A stretch of 64,000 bases of DNA. It comes from Escherichia coli. Its GTDB lineage: Bacteria > Pseudomonadota > Gammaproteobacteria > Enterobacterales > Enterobacteriaceae. The position numbers were made by a program, and so were the translations under genes. The stretch lies in assembly GCF_003018255.1 (NCBI RefSeq), contig NZ_CP027440.1. One strand, 5' to 3'. The notes beneath the pieces were generated by a model that did no database searches, was not told the DNA's origin, and saw only the letters and a program-made list of their open reading frames with translations. Below are positions 21,204 through 35,246 of the stretch, one piece after another (the first letter of the stretch is position 1; each line of letters starts with the position of its first letter).

Positions 21204-21452
21204 AACAATCCCCATTGTTTTTTTGTGTTTGTGTGTTGCTTGAGCCAGGAAAATTCCTGGAGCTGAAAAACCTTATCAGCCATGTGGGTATGGGGAAAAT
21301 GCAAGTATGTTTCTGGCTATGCGTTTTTTGCATAGCGGAAAAATGACGCTGTGTGGCAAAGGTTCTGCGCAGGATTGAGTTGCAGAAAATTCATAAACCC
21401 AGTGACAATGACATCAGTAAATAAAAACAGAAAATCCAGGGACGAGAACGAG

Positions 21453-22007
21453 ATGGCAAAATACAACGACAAAGAGCTGGCAGAGACGAGCAAGTTTTTA
21501 AGTTTTGTCCTCCGACATAAACCAGAGGCGATTGGCATCGTGCTGGACCGTGAAGGATGGGCGGATATCGATAAGCTCATACTCTGTGCCCAAAAAGCGG
21601 GCAAGCGGTTAACCCGCGCATTACTGGATATCGTTGTCGCTACCAGCGATAAAAAGCGCTTTAGTTATTCCAGTGATGGTACGTGTATTCGCGCCGTTCA
21701 GGGGCATTCGACTTCGCAGGTCGCCATTGGCTTCATCGAAAAAACACCGCCACAATTTCTCTACCATGGTACGGCAAGCCGTTTTCTTGACGAGATAAAA
21801 AAACAAGGGCTGATTGCAGGGGAGCGCCATTACGTGCATCTCTCTGCTGATGAAGCAACGGCACGCAAAGTGGGAGCAAGACACGGATCGCCAGTTATTT
21901 TAACCGTCAAAGCACAGGAAATGGCGAAACGAGGCATCCCTTTTTGGCAAGCGGAAAACGGGGTCTGGCTGACATCAACAGTTGCGGTTGAGTTTCTTGA
22001 GTGGTAA
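21453..22007 (+). CDS. kptA: RNA 2'-phosphotransferase KptA (Tpt1 family)
   Basis: Start trimmed to [29 protein letters not shown] (184 aa); Tpt1 signature HGT...RHY. Confidence 0.9.
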   Translation: MAKYNDKELAETSKFLSFVLRHKPEAIGIVLDREGWADIDKLILCAQKAGKRLTRALLDIVVATSDKKRFSYSSDGTCIRAVQGHSTSQVAIGFIEKTPPQFLYHGTASRFLDEIKKQGLIAGERHYVHLSADEATARKVGARHGSPVILTVKAQEMAKRGIPFWQAENGVWLTSTVAVEFLEW

Positions 22008-22019
22008 GGGAAACTTCTC

Positions 22020-23198
22020 TCACGAAGTGACCACTTGTAGCTTAAATAATTGCACTGTGCTGATAAGCGCAGCAATAAACAACGCCGCCGCGCCGCAGAG
22101 AGTGGCGCTGGCAAGCGCCGATGTTCCATTGCCGAGCATACTGGTCAGCGCCGGGCCGAGGATTTGCCCAATGCCGTAAATGAGCGTCACAAAGCCTAAA
22201 AGATTGAGATTTCCCGGTACGCTCAGTTGGCGGGCGATAGTCATCACCAGAGATGTCGTGCCCATAAAGGTACCGCCAAAACCAAGACTGCTGATGATAA
22301 GCAAGAGAGGCGAGTCGCTGGCGAGAGTAAGCAGCACACAGATAGCCTGCACCAGCAAATTCGCCGTCAGGCAGGGCAAAGCCCCCCAACGTTTTGCGGC
22401 CCATAGCCAGCCAAAGCAACCAGGCACAATTGATAAGCCGACTAACGTCCAGAGATGGGCGGTTAACAATGGTGAGCCTGCATCTTTCGCCATGAGCGGC
22501 AGGTAAGTCGCGACGATGATATAACCAAATCCCGCCAGGCCGTACAGAATAGCCAGTAACCACCAGCTCATTATCTGTTGCTCCGTTTTTGCCAATGGCA
22601 TTGGTACGATGGCGTGTTTTTTCGAGGGCATTAAAAGCGTAAGTGCAATCAGTATCATGCCAGAAAGCGCCCCGGCGCCTTGCCATAACGTTTGCGAGGA
22701 GAGGTCAAAATGCAGGCCTGCCAGAATATATTCATTGCCCAGTGCGATGCCAATGCCAACGCCAGAAAACAAAGCTGCCAGCACAAAAGGATGGCGCGTG
22801 TGCTGCATAATCAGCGTCGAACCAAAAATCAGCATTCCGGCGCTGGCGACACCCGCCAGGACGCGAATCAATAACACCAGAATAAATGGCGGCAACCATG
22901 CCATTGCGAGGATCAACAACCCGCTCGCCAGGGCAGAAGCCAACAGAAATGGGCGCAGGCGCGATGGCTGGTGAAATGCGCCAAAAGAAAATAGCAGACT
23001 GCCAGCCAGATACCCCGCATAGTTGCCGCTGGCAATCCACGAGAGCTGGCTAAATGAAAACGATCCTTCCGCCATCATGACGGGCAACATAGGCGTATAA
23101 AGGAAGCGGCCTAAACCCATACCTAAGGTCAGAACCAGCATCCCGAAAAGCGCGGTGCTGAAAGAAAAGCGTTCTACGGGATGCGTGGACGAAGGCAT
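22020..23198 (-). CDS. yjiJ: MFS-type transporter YjiJ
   Basis: 392-aa polytopic membrane protein; synteny. Confidence 0.85.
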   Translation of the reverse strand: MPSSTHPVERFSFSTALFGMLVLTLGMGLGRFLYTPMLPVMMAEGSFSFSQLSWIASGNYAGYLAGSLLFSFGAFHQPSRLRPFLLASALASGLLILAMAWLPPFILVLLIRVLAGVASAGMLIFGSTLIMQHTRHPFVLAALFSGVGIGIALGNEYILAGLHFDLSSQTLWQGAGALSGMILIALTLLMPSKKHAIVPMPLAKTEQQIMSWWLLAILYGLAGFGYIIVATYLPLMAKDAGSPLLTAHLWTLVGLSIVPGCFGWLWAAKRWGALPCLTANLLVQAICVLLTLASDSPLLLIISSLGFGGTFMGTTSLVMTIARQLSVPGNLNLLGFVTLIYGIGQILGPALTSMLGNGTSALASATLCGAAALFIAALISTVQLFKLQVVTS

Positions 23199-23265
23199 GT
23201 TTAACCTTGTTTGTCATTTTTGTTGTTAACAAGTTAATAACAAAAAGGTGAAGCATGCCAGCCTG

Positions 23266-24273
<1,008 letters not shown>

Positions 24274-24444
24274 TCACCCATTGAATTTCCTCGCCAGGCG
24301 GACAGGTCAGCCAAATGCATAACCCGCAGCCGCCGCGTAAATCACGGGGAATATCGCTGACGCGAAAAGTCATGCCCGCTGCCTGTAACGCCTTGCGGGT
24401 TTGTATGACGCCGACCGTGGAGTGAAATAAAAACAGATGCTCTT

Positions 24445-26376
<1,932 letters not shown>

Positions 26377-26488
26377 TTTCCTTCCCCGTACCACGGGAGA
26401 TAATGAAAAGAGGCCACATTATTACCATTCTTTTAGTGTGGTTTATTTGATCTCTCTCGCGGTTAGCCACTTAGTTTTTCATGGATTT

Positions 26489-27769
26489 CTATAAATTGCC
26501 GAGGGGGAACAAGGCCGGGAGCTGCGACAGCAAATACAAAATAAGTCCAATACAACCGCCAACCAGCGTACCGTTGACACGGATAAACTGGAGATCTTTG
26601 CCGATATTTAACTCGATTTGCCGCGACATATCCCGTGCGTCCCAGCTTTTTACCGTGTCGCTGATATGGCGAGTCAGGAATGCGGAAAACTCAGGCGCAA
26701 CGCGGTGTGCGGCTTGTTCGAGATGACCATTTAACGACGCCCGCAAGGCATCATCGGCAATTAACGTTTCGCCAAACCATTGCCCCGCCCGCGCGATACG
26801 TTCTTTCACACGAGAATCTTCACTGTTGATATCCGCTTTCAGCCATTCCCGTAAATCCCCCCACAATTCACTGAGATAGCGGTTAAAAGCTTCGTCTTCT
26901 TTCAGATAGCTTTTTACGGCATCGGCTCGCGCTGCCATTTCAGGATCGTTTTTCAGTTTCTCGATCAGGGCGAAGGTAGCGCGATCAAACGCATGGCGGA
27001 TCTGATGCGCACGATCGCGGCTGATATCATCAAGCAAAGAATTCACCGCGTCAGAAACCAACTCCGCGCTATGTTCGCCCAGCCATTCAGTGGGCAAAAT
27101 TTTGGCTTTCAGTGGATGCTCGCTCTCCAGCCAGCGAACAATTTGCTGGGCGATAAACTTGCGCGATTTATCGCGCTGGAGAAGGGCGATCAACTGTGCG
27201 ATCAGCGTATCGAGCAGCACCTGATGACGATCGTTTTTGGTCATACTCTCCAGCATCAACGCACTGGTGCCAGAAAGATCAACCTTATCAATCGCCCGGT
27301 GGACCGCGCGCTTAAGCAGGCGCTGAATACGCGCATCATCGGTCAGTTCAAGAAAACCGCTCATGATCTGCAACAGATGCTGACCAACGCGGCGGGCGTT
27401 TTCTGGCTGACTAAACCAGTTGCCAATCAACAACGCCGGTTCGTGACGTCGAATCAATGCCACCAGCGATTGGGTATCGAGAAATTTTTCCTGCACGAAC
27501 TGACCGAGATTTTCGCCAATCCGGTCTTTATTACGCGGGATAATCGCCGTATGACGAGAAATGATCGGAATCGGCACGCGGCGAAACAGCGCCACCACCG
27601 CAAACCAGTCCGCCAGCGCGCCGACCATCGCCGCTTCAGCAATCGCCTTCACGCCGCTCACCCAAAAATTGGGCGGCAAAAACAGCGTAACGACAAAGGT
27701 AGCAGCGGCGATAAGCAGTAAAGAGAGCGCCAACATTTTGGCGCGTCTGAGTTCAATGAGTTTATTCAT
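26489..27769 (-). CDS. yjiN: DUF445 inner-membrane protein YjiN
   Basis: 426-aa ORF with N-terminal and C-terminal transmembrane helices around a large soluble domain; synteny. Confidence 0.82.
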   Translation of the reverse strand: MNKLIELRRAKMLALSLLLIAAATFVVTLFLPPNFWVSGVKAIAEAAMVGALADWFAVVALFRRVPIPIISRHTAIIPRNKDRIGENLGQFVQEKFLDTQSLVALIRRHEPALLIGNWFSQPENARRVGQHLLQIMSGFLELTDDARIQRLLKRAVHRAIDKVDLSGTSALMLESMTKNDRHQVLLDTLIAQLIALLQRDKSRKFIAQQIVRWLESEHPLKAKILPTEWLGEHSAELVSDAVNSLLDDISRDRAHQIRHAFDRATFALIEKLKNDPEMAARADAVKSYLKEDEAFNRYLSELWGDLREWLKADINSEDSRVKERIARAGQWFGETLIADDALRASLNGHLEQAAHRVAPEFSAFLTRHISDTVKSWDARDMSRQIELNIGKDLQFIRVNGTLVGGCIGLILYLLSQLPALFPLGNL

Positions 27770-27809
27770 AATGTTAAGAATAGAGCCTGACGGCGGGATC
27801 GCGCAAAAA

Positions 27810-29042
27810 TCACCGCTCCTCCGCCAGCTCGGCAGCCTGATGTTGGCGCACGCGATTGAGCAATCCCGCCAGGGTGAAAACGACGATAACGCCCGCCACG
27901 ACGGCTAACAGATGAAACGGCAAGCGACCGCCGTTAAACCACAGCCACCGGCCGATTTCGACCGAGACAGACATCACCATCAGGATCACCATATTCAGCG
28001 ATGCGGAGACGGTCCCTTTCGGTAAGTTATTGGAAAACAGCGTAAAGCGGAATAAGGTCGGGAAAATCAAACCAATCCCGAAAGCATACAGACTGGTGCC
28101 CAGCACCGACCACAGCCAGACGTGCGGTGACAGCAGATTGCCGATAATCAACAGCGCGAGGCCAACCAGTTGAATGGGTACGGCACGCCAGATAAAGCGC
28201 GGTTCGGTCGGATCTTTAACGAAACGCGCCGCGATGGCATTCGCGACAATCACCGCGCCGAACACCGGAACCTGTGTCCAGGCGAACTGCGAGGTCGTTA
28301 AGCCGCCTGCGTCGATCAGGATCACCGGCGAGACAGCCACCCAACTCATCATTGGGATATAGCTTAAAGAGATGGTTGCTGCGCCAAAGAGGAACAGCCG
28401 ATTGCAAAAGACATTACGAAAATCGCGCAAGACGCTTTTGGCGCTAAATGGAACCGCGCCGCGCTTCACCGTCTCTGGCATCGCCAGCAGTAAGCCAACA
28501 AATGAGATAAAACCCATAACCGCAATGATGGCAAAAAGGACTTTCCAGTGCACAAAGTGCATCAGAGCTGCGCCGGAAAGCGGGCCAATAATCGGCGCAA
28601 TCAGTACGATGGAGGTGATAATCGCCATCAACTTGATCCCTTTTGTCTGTCCAAACGCCTCCTGCACCGTGACATAACCAACGGTGGCAATAAAACAGAT
28701 ACTGGTGCCCTGAATTGCACGCGCGATAAGAAATTGTGTCATTGACGTGGTGAACATTGTCGCGGCGCAGGCAAGGGTAAAAATTAACGCCCCGGTAATC
28801 AGCACCGGCCTGCGGCCAATTCTGTCGGAAAGCGGCCCCAGCAGCCACTGTAACGCCATACCGCCAGCAAGATAGAGACTGACGGCAGCAGGGGCCAGAC
28901 TGACATCGGCATTAAAATCACGGACCACATTAATGATCCCTGGCTGGATCAGGTCCGTCGACAGATACGCAGCAAAGTCATACAAAATCAACGCCATCGG
29001 GAAAAACAGCGTGGCGGCATGGCGGGCAAAAAAACGTGGCAT
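27810..29042 (-). CDS. mdtM: Multidrug efflux MFS transporter MdtM (YjiO)
   Basis: Start trimmed to [26 protein letters not shown] (410 aa); 12-TMS MFS topology. Confidence 0.9.
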   Translation of the reverse strand: MPRFFARHAATLFFPMALILYDFAAYLSTDLIQPGIINVVRDFNADVSLAPAAVSLYLAGGMALQWLLGPLSDRIGRRPVLITGALIFTLACAATMFTTSMTQFLIARAIQGTSICFIATVGYVTVQEAFGQTKGIKLMAIITSIVLIAPIIGPLSGAALMHFVHWKVLFAIIAVMGFISFVGLLLAMPETVKRGAVPFSAKSVLRDFRNVFCNRLFLFGAATISLSYIPMMSWVAVSPVILIDAGGLTTSQFAWTQVPVFGAVIVANAIAARFVKDPTEPRFIWRAVPIQLVGLALLIIGNLLSPHVWLWSVLGTSLYAFGIGLIFPTLFRFTLFSNNLPKGTVSASLNMVILMVMSVSVEIGRWLWFNGGRLPFHLLAVVAGVIVVFTLAGLLNRVRQHQAAELAEER

Positions 29043-29508
29043 AACAAACAACTCCTTGTCCGGAGAACCCCAATGGGGAAAACGAAATTCAATACCGTCG
29101 GTAATGACTAAAGGCAGGCGAGAAGGACAAATGTACTGAATTTCATGTAATCAACCACACTGCCTGTGAACACACAGACAGAGAAATACCTTCTGACTCC
29201 AGGTCAGAATGTATAACGATTACAAATAGTCATCAGCACATTACACCTCTTGAATTGATGGGTTGCATAGAAAATATACACCTTAAGTGTAATTAAAATT
29301 TGCGGTTAATCAAAAGAGTGCGGTGGAAAGGGGAATATCTGCCGGGTACAGGAAATGTAAAATGCGAGCCTGTTTCCGGAAAAATGTATCGTTTGCAGAA
29401 GAATAAAAATAGCCTGGAAACCGCCTCGGGGAATAGGAAATAGCCAGGTGTGAATGGCTTTGTTAGTCGCTAAAGTTGGGCCATCTTATCTACAGGTGAC
29501 GGATCGCC

Positions 29509-30453
29509 ATGACAAACTTTACGACCAGCACGCCGCATGACGCATTATTTAAATCCTTTCTCACACACTCTGACACCGCGCGGGATTTTATGGAGATCCA
29601 CTTACCCAAAGATTTACGTGAACTGTGCGATCTCGATAGCTTAAAACTGGAATCCGCCAGCTTTGTCGATGAAAAATTGCGGGCGCTACATTCCGATATT
29701 CTGTGGTCGGTAAAGACCCGTGAAGGCGATGGCTATATTTATGTAGTGATTGAACATCAGAGCCGTGAGGATATTCATATGGCCTTTCGTCTGATGCGAT
29801 ATTCCATGGCGGTGATGCAGCGCCATATCGAACATGATAAACGCCGGCAGCTACCGCTGGTCATCCCGATGCTGTTTTATCACGGTAGCCGTAGTCCTTA
29901 TCCCTGGTCCCTGTGCTGGCTGGACGAATTTGCCGACCCGACTACCGCACGGAAGCTTTATACCGCCGCGTTCCCGCTGGTGGATATCACTGTCGTGCCA
30001 GACGACGAGATTGTGCAGCATCGCAGAGTCGCCCTGTTGGAGTTGATCCAAAAGCATATTCGCCAGCGCGATCTGATGGGGCTTATTGACCAACTGGTAG
30101 TATTACTGGTTACAGAGTGTGCTAATGACAGCCAGATAACTGCGCTGTTAAATTACATTTTACTGACTGGTGATGAAGCGCGTTTTAATGAGTTTATCAG
30201 TGAAATTACCCGTCGACTGCCACAACAAAGGGAGCGAATAATGACGATTGCAGAGCGAATTCATAATGATGGATGGCTGTTAGGGATGGAAAAGGGGAAA
30301 GAAGAAGGGGAACAACGCCTCCTTAGATTGCTTTTGCAGAACGGTGCGGATCCTGAATGGATACAACGATATACTGGACTTTCGGCAGAGCAAATGCAGG
30401 CATTAGAGCAACCCTTGCCTGAAAGCAAGCGCGATCCATGGATCGAGTACTAA
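29509..30453 (+). CDS. rpnD: Recombination-promoting nuclease RpnD (Rpn / transposase_31, PD-(D/E)XK family), apparently intact
   Basis: 314-aa uninterrupted ORF with the Rpn-family core ([21 protein letters not shown]). K-12 carries this locus as the split yjiP/yjiQ pseudogene pair, as I recall. Confidence 0.8.
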   Translation: MTNFTTSTPHDALFKSFLTHSDTARDFMEIHLPKDLRELCDLDSLKLESASFVDEKLRALHSDILWSVKTREGDGYIYVVIEHQSREDIHMAFRLMRYSMAVMQRHIEHDKRRQLPLVIPMLFYHGSRSPYPWSLCWLDEFADPTTARKLYTAAFPLVDITVVPDDEIVQHRRVALLELIQKHIRQRDLMGLIDQLVVLLVTECANDSQITALLNYILLTGDEARFNEFISEITRRLPQQRERIMTIAERIHNDGWLLGMEKGKEEGEQRLLRLLLQNGADPEWIQRYTGLSAEQMQALEQPLPESKRDPWIEY

Positions 30454-30547
30454 TCAGAGACTGATGACAAACGCAAAGCTGCCTGATGTGCTACGCTTAT
30501 CAGACCTACATTACCTCTGCAATCTATTGAATTTGCGCGATTTGTAA

Positions 30548-30576
30548 GCCGGATAAGGCGTTCACGCCGCATCCGG
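30548..30576. repeat. REP element
   Basis: GCCGGATAAGGCGTTCACGCCGCATCCGG, near-identical to the copy at 15835-15866. Confidence 0.8.
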
Positions 30577-30694
30577 TATGAACAAAGCACACTTTGCCTA
30601 AGCCATGCTGGAACGTGGCGATGCCCCTGCAAAGATAAAACGAGTCACAGGCGATTCGTGAGAGGAAATCAGGGGCCTCGCCACTAATTCGAAT

Positions 30695-32107
30695 TCATTC
30701 CATTGCCCGATACACGGCTTCGCCAATTTGCTTTAGTGCTTCGCGATAGGTTTCGCTGAGCGGCAAAGCGCAGTTGATGCGCAGACAATTACGGTATTTG
30801 CCGGAAGCCGAGAAAATCGAGCCTGCTGCCACCTGGATTTTCATGCGGTAAAGCTGCCGCGCGACGCAGACCATATCGACCTGTTCAGGCAATTCTATCC
30901 ACAGTAAAAATCCGCCTTTCGGGCGCGTAATACAGATTTCGCAGGGAAAATATTCCCGTATCCAGCAGGTATAAAGCGCCAAATTGCGCTGATAGATCTG
31001 CCGCATCCGCCGGATATGGCGATGATAGTGACCTTCCAGCACAAACGTTGCCGCCGCCATTTGCGTGGACGGCACATTAAAGCTGCTGATGGCGTATTTC
31101 ATATGCATCAGTTTATCGTGATAACGCCCCGGTGCGACCCAACCCACGCGCAGGCCTGGTGCAATACTTTTACTGAACGAGCTGCACAGCAGCACTCGCC
31201 CGTCGATATCCCAGGAATGAATGGTCCGCGGGCGCGGATACTCCGTCGCCAGTTCGCCGTAGACATCATCTTCAAAAATCACAATATCATGACGCTGAGC
31301 GAGAGAGAGAACGGCCCGTTTGCGTGCGTCCGGCATAATAAATCCCAGCGGATTATTACAGTTTGGCACCAGAATGATGCCTTTAATCGGCCACTGTTCC
31401 AGCGCCAGTTCCAGCGCTTCAACGCTGATGCCTGTTTCTGGATCGGTTGGGATTTCAATCACTTTCACGCCCATACCGCGCAGCATCTGCATTGAACCGT
31501 AATAACAGGGGGATTCGACTGCGACAATATCGCCCGGTTTACATACCGCCATTAACGCCAGCGACATCGAGTTATGGCAGCCGCTGGTGATAATGATGTC
31601 ATCGGCGGTGACCACCGAGCCGCTGTCGAGCATCAGGCGGGCAATCTGCTCTCGCAACACTCGCTGACCGGCTAACAAGTCATAACCGAGAACGGTTTGC
31701 AGATTATGCTGCACCACCCGGCTTAGCTCCCGCCACAGCGGTTTCAGGCTGGGCGTTTCGACATCCGGCGTGCTTTTACTTAACGGAACAATGGAACTGT
31801 CGCTATGCGCCTCCAGCATATCCAGCACTTGATCCCACTGGGTAATTTCCACCGGGCGCTGCACCGGACGCGTCATCGGCGGTACTGGCGGCTGGGCTTT
31901 ACGTTGTGCGACAAAATAACCCGAACGCGGCTGCGGAGTGATGAGCTTCATCGTCTCCAGCGTCTGGTACGCCTGCTGCACGGTGCTAATACTGACGCCG
32001 TGCTCCTGACTTAAGCTGCGCACCGACGGCAATTTCTCCCCGTGACGATACAGCCCTTGCTCAATCCGCTCGGCAAGTAGAGTCGCCAGATGTTGATAAC
32101 GCGTCAT
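30695..32107 (-). CDS. yjiR: MocR-family PLP-dependent transcriptional regulator YjiR
   Basis: 470-aa ORF: N-terminal GntR-type helix-turn-helix (EKLPSVRSLSQEHGVSISTVQQAYQTLE) fused to an aminotransferase-fold domain. Confidence 0.9.
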   Translation of the reverse strand: MTRYQHLATLLAERIEQGLYRHGEKLPSVRSLSQEHGVSISTVQQAYQTLETMKLITPQPRSGYFVAQRKAQPPVPPMTRPVQRPVEITQWDQVLDMLEAHSDSSIVPLSKSTPDVETPSLKPLWRELSRVVQHNLQTVLGYDLLAGQRVLREQIARLMLDSGSVVTADDIIITSGCHNSMSLALMAVCKPGDIVAVESPCYYGSMQMLRGMGVKVIEIPTDPETGISVEALELALEQWPIKGIILVPNCNNPLGFIMPDARKRAVLSLAQRHDIVIFEDDVYGELATEYPRPRTIHSWDIDGRVLLCSSFSKSIAPGLRVGWVAPGRYHDKLMHMKYAISSFNVPSTQMAAATFVLEGHYHRHIRRMRQIYQRNLALYTCWIREYFPCEICITRPKGGFLLWIELPEQVDMVCVARQLYRMKIQVAAGSIFSASGKYRNCLRINCALPLSETYREALKQIGEAVYRAME

Positions 32108-32283
32108 GCTGTATTCCTTATTTGGACCATACAGAGAGAAAAACCGGTACAGATGAGGCTAAAAAACCGGATGCAGATGCTGTTTTAACCTGTCTGTATG
32201 TTAAATAAAACTAATATTTGCATCTGTATTGTGAACTGCCAGAAGACGGATGATGAAGCCTCTGAAAGATGAGGAGGCAGCAG

Positions 32284-32448
32284 ATGGAATTTCACGAAAA
32301 CAAAGCTAAAGCACCGTTTATTGGACTTGTGCAACTCTGGCAGGCAGTGAGGCGTTGGCGGCGGCAAATGCAGGCCCGGCGGGTGTTACAGCAGATGAGT
32401 GATGAGCGGTTGAGGGATATTGGGTTACGCAGGGAGGATGTGGAGTGA
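32284..32448 (+). CDS. yjiS: DUF1127 small protein YjiS
   Basis: 54-aa ORF MEFHENKAKAPFIGLVQLWQAVRRWRRQMQARRVLQQMSDERLRDIGLRREDVE, found by hand (below the ORF-track length cutoff); recognised as YjiS. Confidence 0.75.
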   Translation: MEFHENKAKAPFIGLVQLWQAVRRWRRQMQARRVLQQMSDERLRDIGLRREDVE

Positions 32449-32544
32449 TGGGGCAGTTCGTCGCGGATAAACAGGATTTCTCTATAACCTCCACAAGGAA
32501 GTGGTTATTATTGCGAAATCATCGCTTCACGGAAAGACGTCAGA

Positions 32545-34638
32545 ATGAAAGCTACAGAAGCCCGCCTACTCGATTTTTTAAAACGTTCGCAGCAGTTTGT
32601 TATTCCCATTTATCAACGGACTTATTCATGGACAGAACAACAATGTCGGCAACTTTGGGACGACATCATTCGTGCCGGAAAGCGTGACGATATATCAGCG
32701 CATTTTATCGGTTCGGTTGTTTATATAGAGCAGGGATTGTATCAGGTTTCTGGTATTTCTCCGTTGCTGGTCATTGATGGTCAACAGCGGCTGACGACCG
32801 CAATGTTGCTGATTGAGGCTTTATCACGCCATCTTGGCGAAGACGAAGTTTTTGATGGCTTTTCAGCAATGAAATTGCGTAATTATTATTTACTCAATCC
32901 TTATGAGTCCGGCGAGAAAGGATTTAAATTACTGCTGACCGAGACTGATAAAGACAGTTTGCTGGCGTTAATAAAACAAAGACCAATGCCAGAAAACTAT
33001 TCCCATCGAATAATGGAAAACTTTACTTTCTTTGATGAACAAATTGCCAAACTCGGTGATGACTTGATCCCCTTATGTCGTGGGTTAGCAAAGTTATTAA
33101 TTGTCGATGTGGCGCTTAATCGTGGTCAGGATAATCCGCAACTGATTTTTGAAAGTATGAACTCCACCGGTAAGGCGTTAAGTCAGGCCGATCTGGTGCG
33201 CAATTTTATTCTGATGGGCCTCGAACCAGAGCATCAAACCCGGTTGTATGAAGATCACTGGCGTCCAATGGAAGTCGCTTTTGGTCAGCAAGGTTACAGC
33301 GAATATTTTGACAGCTTTATGCGTCATTATCTGACGGTAAAAACGGGGGAGATCCCTCGGACAGATGAAGTCTATGAGGCATTTAAACTCCATGCCCGCA
33401 GCCAGAGTGTTGCTGAAAAAGGCGTAGATCGGCTGGTTGAAGATATTCACATCTACGCGGAGTATTACTGTGCAATGGCATTGGGAAAAGAAAGTGACAA
33501 ATCGCTTGCTACGGCTTTTCAGGATTTGCGCGAGTTAAAGGTCGATGTGGCATATCCTTTCTTACTGGCGCTTTATCATGACTATAAAAATGGCGATTTG
33601 CCTCACGAAGATTTCCTGAGCATAATTCGTTTAATTGAATCTTATGTTTTCCGCCGTGCAGTATGTGCGATTCCGACGAATTCTCTTAACAAGACGTTTG
33701 CCACTTTTTATAAAGTCATTAATAAAGAAAAATATCTGGAAAGTATTCAGGTACATTTTCTGAATCTGCCTTCATATCGTCGTTTCCCCAACGATGATGA
33801 ATTTAAACGGGAATTAAAAGTTCGCGATCTCTATAACTTCCGTAGTCGCAGCTACTGGTTACGACGACTGGAAAACGATAAACGCAGAGAGCGCGTGGAA
33901 GAGTTTACGATTGAGCATATTATGCCGCAGAACGAAAATCTGTCGGCTAAATGGCGCGAAGAGTTGGGAAGCGACTGGCAGCGTGTGCATAAAGAATTGT
34001 TACATACGTTGGGGAATCTCACTTTAACGCGCTATAACTCCCGCTACAGTGACAGACCTTTCGCGGAAAAACGCGATATTGAAGACGGCTTTAAGCATAG
34101 CCCGCTTTATTTGAATATCGGTCTTGGACAGTGCGAAAAATGGGATGAAGCCGCCATTCACGCCCGAGCCGATCGTCTGGCCGATCTTGCGGTTCAGGTT
34201 TGGCAAGCGCCTGCTCTTCCTGAAGAGGTTTTAGCTGTTTATCGGGCGCAGCCGGAGAACAAAACCAGTTACAGCCTGAGTGATTATCCTTTTCTTGCTG
34301 ATGGTTCGCATAGCCGGGTGTTATTTGATCATCTTCGCGATGAAGTTATGCGCCTGGACGCAGGGATCACGCAGGAAGTATTGAAGCTCTATATTGCGTT
34401 TAAAGCTGAAACGAATTTTGTTGATGTTGTGCCGCAAAAAAGCCGACTGCGATTGTCGCTTAATATGCAGTTTCATGAACTGGTCGATCCGAAAGGTATT
34501 GCCAAAGATGTGACAAATGTTGGGCGATGGGGCAATGGCGATGTGGAAATTGGTTTCAGTGACCTCGCACAACTTCCTTACATTATGGGATTAATTCGTC
34601 AGGCATTTGAAAAACAGATGGAGAACGCGTTGGTATAA
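32545..34638 (+). CDS. DUF262 (ParB-like NTPase) + DUF1524 (His-Me finger nuclease) fusion protein; GmrSD-like putative type IV modification-dependent restriction endonuclease
   Basis: 697-aa ORF. N-terminal DUF262 hallmarks (FVIPIYQRTYSW and the DGQQR motif in LLVIDGQQRLTTAMLL); C-terminal DUF1524 hallmark (FTIEHIMPQN ... LGNLTLTRYN). Sits in the slot that holds yjiT/yjiV/mcrBC in K-12. Confidence 0.8.
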   Translation: MKATEARLLDFLKRSQQFVIPIYQRTYSWTEQQCRQLWDDIIRAGKRDDISAHFIGSVVYIEQGLYQVSGISPLLVIDGQQRLTTAMLLIEALSRHLGEDEVFDGFSAMKLRNYYLLNPYESGEKGFKLLLTETDKDSLLALIKQRPMPENYSHRIMENFTFFDEQIAKLGDDLIPLCRGLAKLLIVDVALNRGQDNPQLIFESMNSTGKALSQADLVRNFILMGLEPEHQTRLYEDHWRPMEVAFGQQGYSEYFDSFMRHYLTVKTGEIPRTDEVYEAFKLHARSQSVAEKGVDRLVEDIHIYAEYYCAMALGKESDKSLATAFQDLRELKVDVAYPFLLALYHDYKNGDLPHEDFLSIIRLIESYVFRRAVCAIPTNSLNKTFATFYKVINKEKYLESIQVHFLNLPSYRRFPNDDEFKRELKVRDLYNFRSRSYWLRRLENDKRRERVEEFTIEHIMPQNENLSAKWREELGSDWQRVHKELLHTLGNLTLTRYNSRYSDRPFAEKRDIEDGFKHSPLYLNIGLGQCEKWDEAAIHARADRLADLAVQVWQAPALPEEVLAVYRAQPENKTSYSLSDYPFLADGSHSRVLFDHLRDEVMRLDAGITQEVLKLYIAFKAETNFVDVVPQKSRLRLSLNMQFHELVDPKGIAKDVTNVGRWGNGDVEIGFSDLAQLPYIMGLIRQAFEKQMENALV

Positions 34639-34684
34639 CGTGGCGAATAATACCCGGTAGCACTGGCGCTACCGGGTCAATGTA

Positions 34685-35026
34685 TCAGGCGACTTTCTGT
34701 TTACCCGCAATCACCCCAATAAATTCCCGCACCTGCTTTTGTTTACGCGCCGACAGCTTGCACACCTGGCGCAGCGACTGCATTAGCTCGCTCTCTTCGG
34801 GGGCGGGTGGTTGGGCGGTGAGGACAATACAGCCTTCCATCACTTTGACAGCTATCGCCGTGCCGGTGGCAAAACCGGCGGCTTCCAGCCACTGACCTTT
34901 CAGGGTGATGGCGGGAATACGGCTGTAATCCGGGTAGCGACTCGCATAACTCACGGTTAATTGACGGTTATTTGCCGGGGAGACTTCTGCTTCGAACGGT
35001 TGTGCAATAGAATGCGTGTCAGTCAT
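34685..35026 (-). CDS. symE: SymE, SOS-induced toxin-like protein (type I toxin-antitoxin, AbrB-fold endoribonuclease)
   Basis: Start trimmed to [52 protein letters not shown] (113 aa); lies immediately upstream of hsdS as in K-12. Confidence 0.9.
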   Translation of the reverse strand: MTDTHSIAQPFEAEVSPANNRQLTVSYASRYPDYSRIPAITLKGQWLEAAGFATGTAIAVKVMEGCIVLTAQPPAPEESELMQSLRQVCKLSARKQKQVREFIGVIAGKQKVA

Positions 35027-35100
35027 AACTGCTATTCCTTGAAAATAGTGATTGTGATGAGCGGTGCGGGTGTGTTGGCGCACATCCGCACCGCGCTAAA
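35015..35100 (+). ncRNA. symR: Putative SymR antisense sRNA (antitoxin) overlapping the symE start and 5' UTR; boundaries approximate
   Basis: Known arrangement: SymR is transcribed antisense across the symE translation start. A TAGAAT -10-like hexamer at 35008-35013 and a strong stem-loop at 35061-35094 are present on the plus strand. Ends were not mapped. Confidence 0.3.
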
Positions 35101-35103
35101 TAC

Positions 35104-35119
35104 CTGGATATATCATCAG
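35104..35119. promoter_or_regulatory. Putative LexA box (CTG-N10-CAG) upstream of symE
   Basis: CTGGATATATCATCAG, an AT-rich dyad of the CTG-N10-CAG type, about 80 bp upstream of the symE start; symE is a known SOS gene. Confidence 0.45.
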
Positions 35120-35246
35120 TAAATACAGGGAAAGTCCAGCTAAAAATTAATGAAAATAAGATAGAAGTTAGCGTGAAATATAATTTTTGGTGATGTGAAT
35201 AAAGCGGCTATTGAGCCGCTTTATTGGTTTTATGAGGGCGAGAAAA

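Noticed and set aside
29509-30453. Annotating rpnD as an active mobile element
   Set aside because: Rpn proteins are domesticated transposase_31-family nucleases with no associated terminal repeats here; treated as a CDS.
32445-32687. 80-aa ORF overlapping the yjiS stop and the start of the GmrSD-like gene
   Set aside because: Out of frame with, and overlapping, the convincing 697-aa ORF whose N-terminus carries the conserved DUF262 motif. No support.
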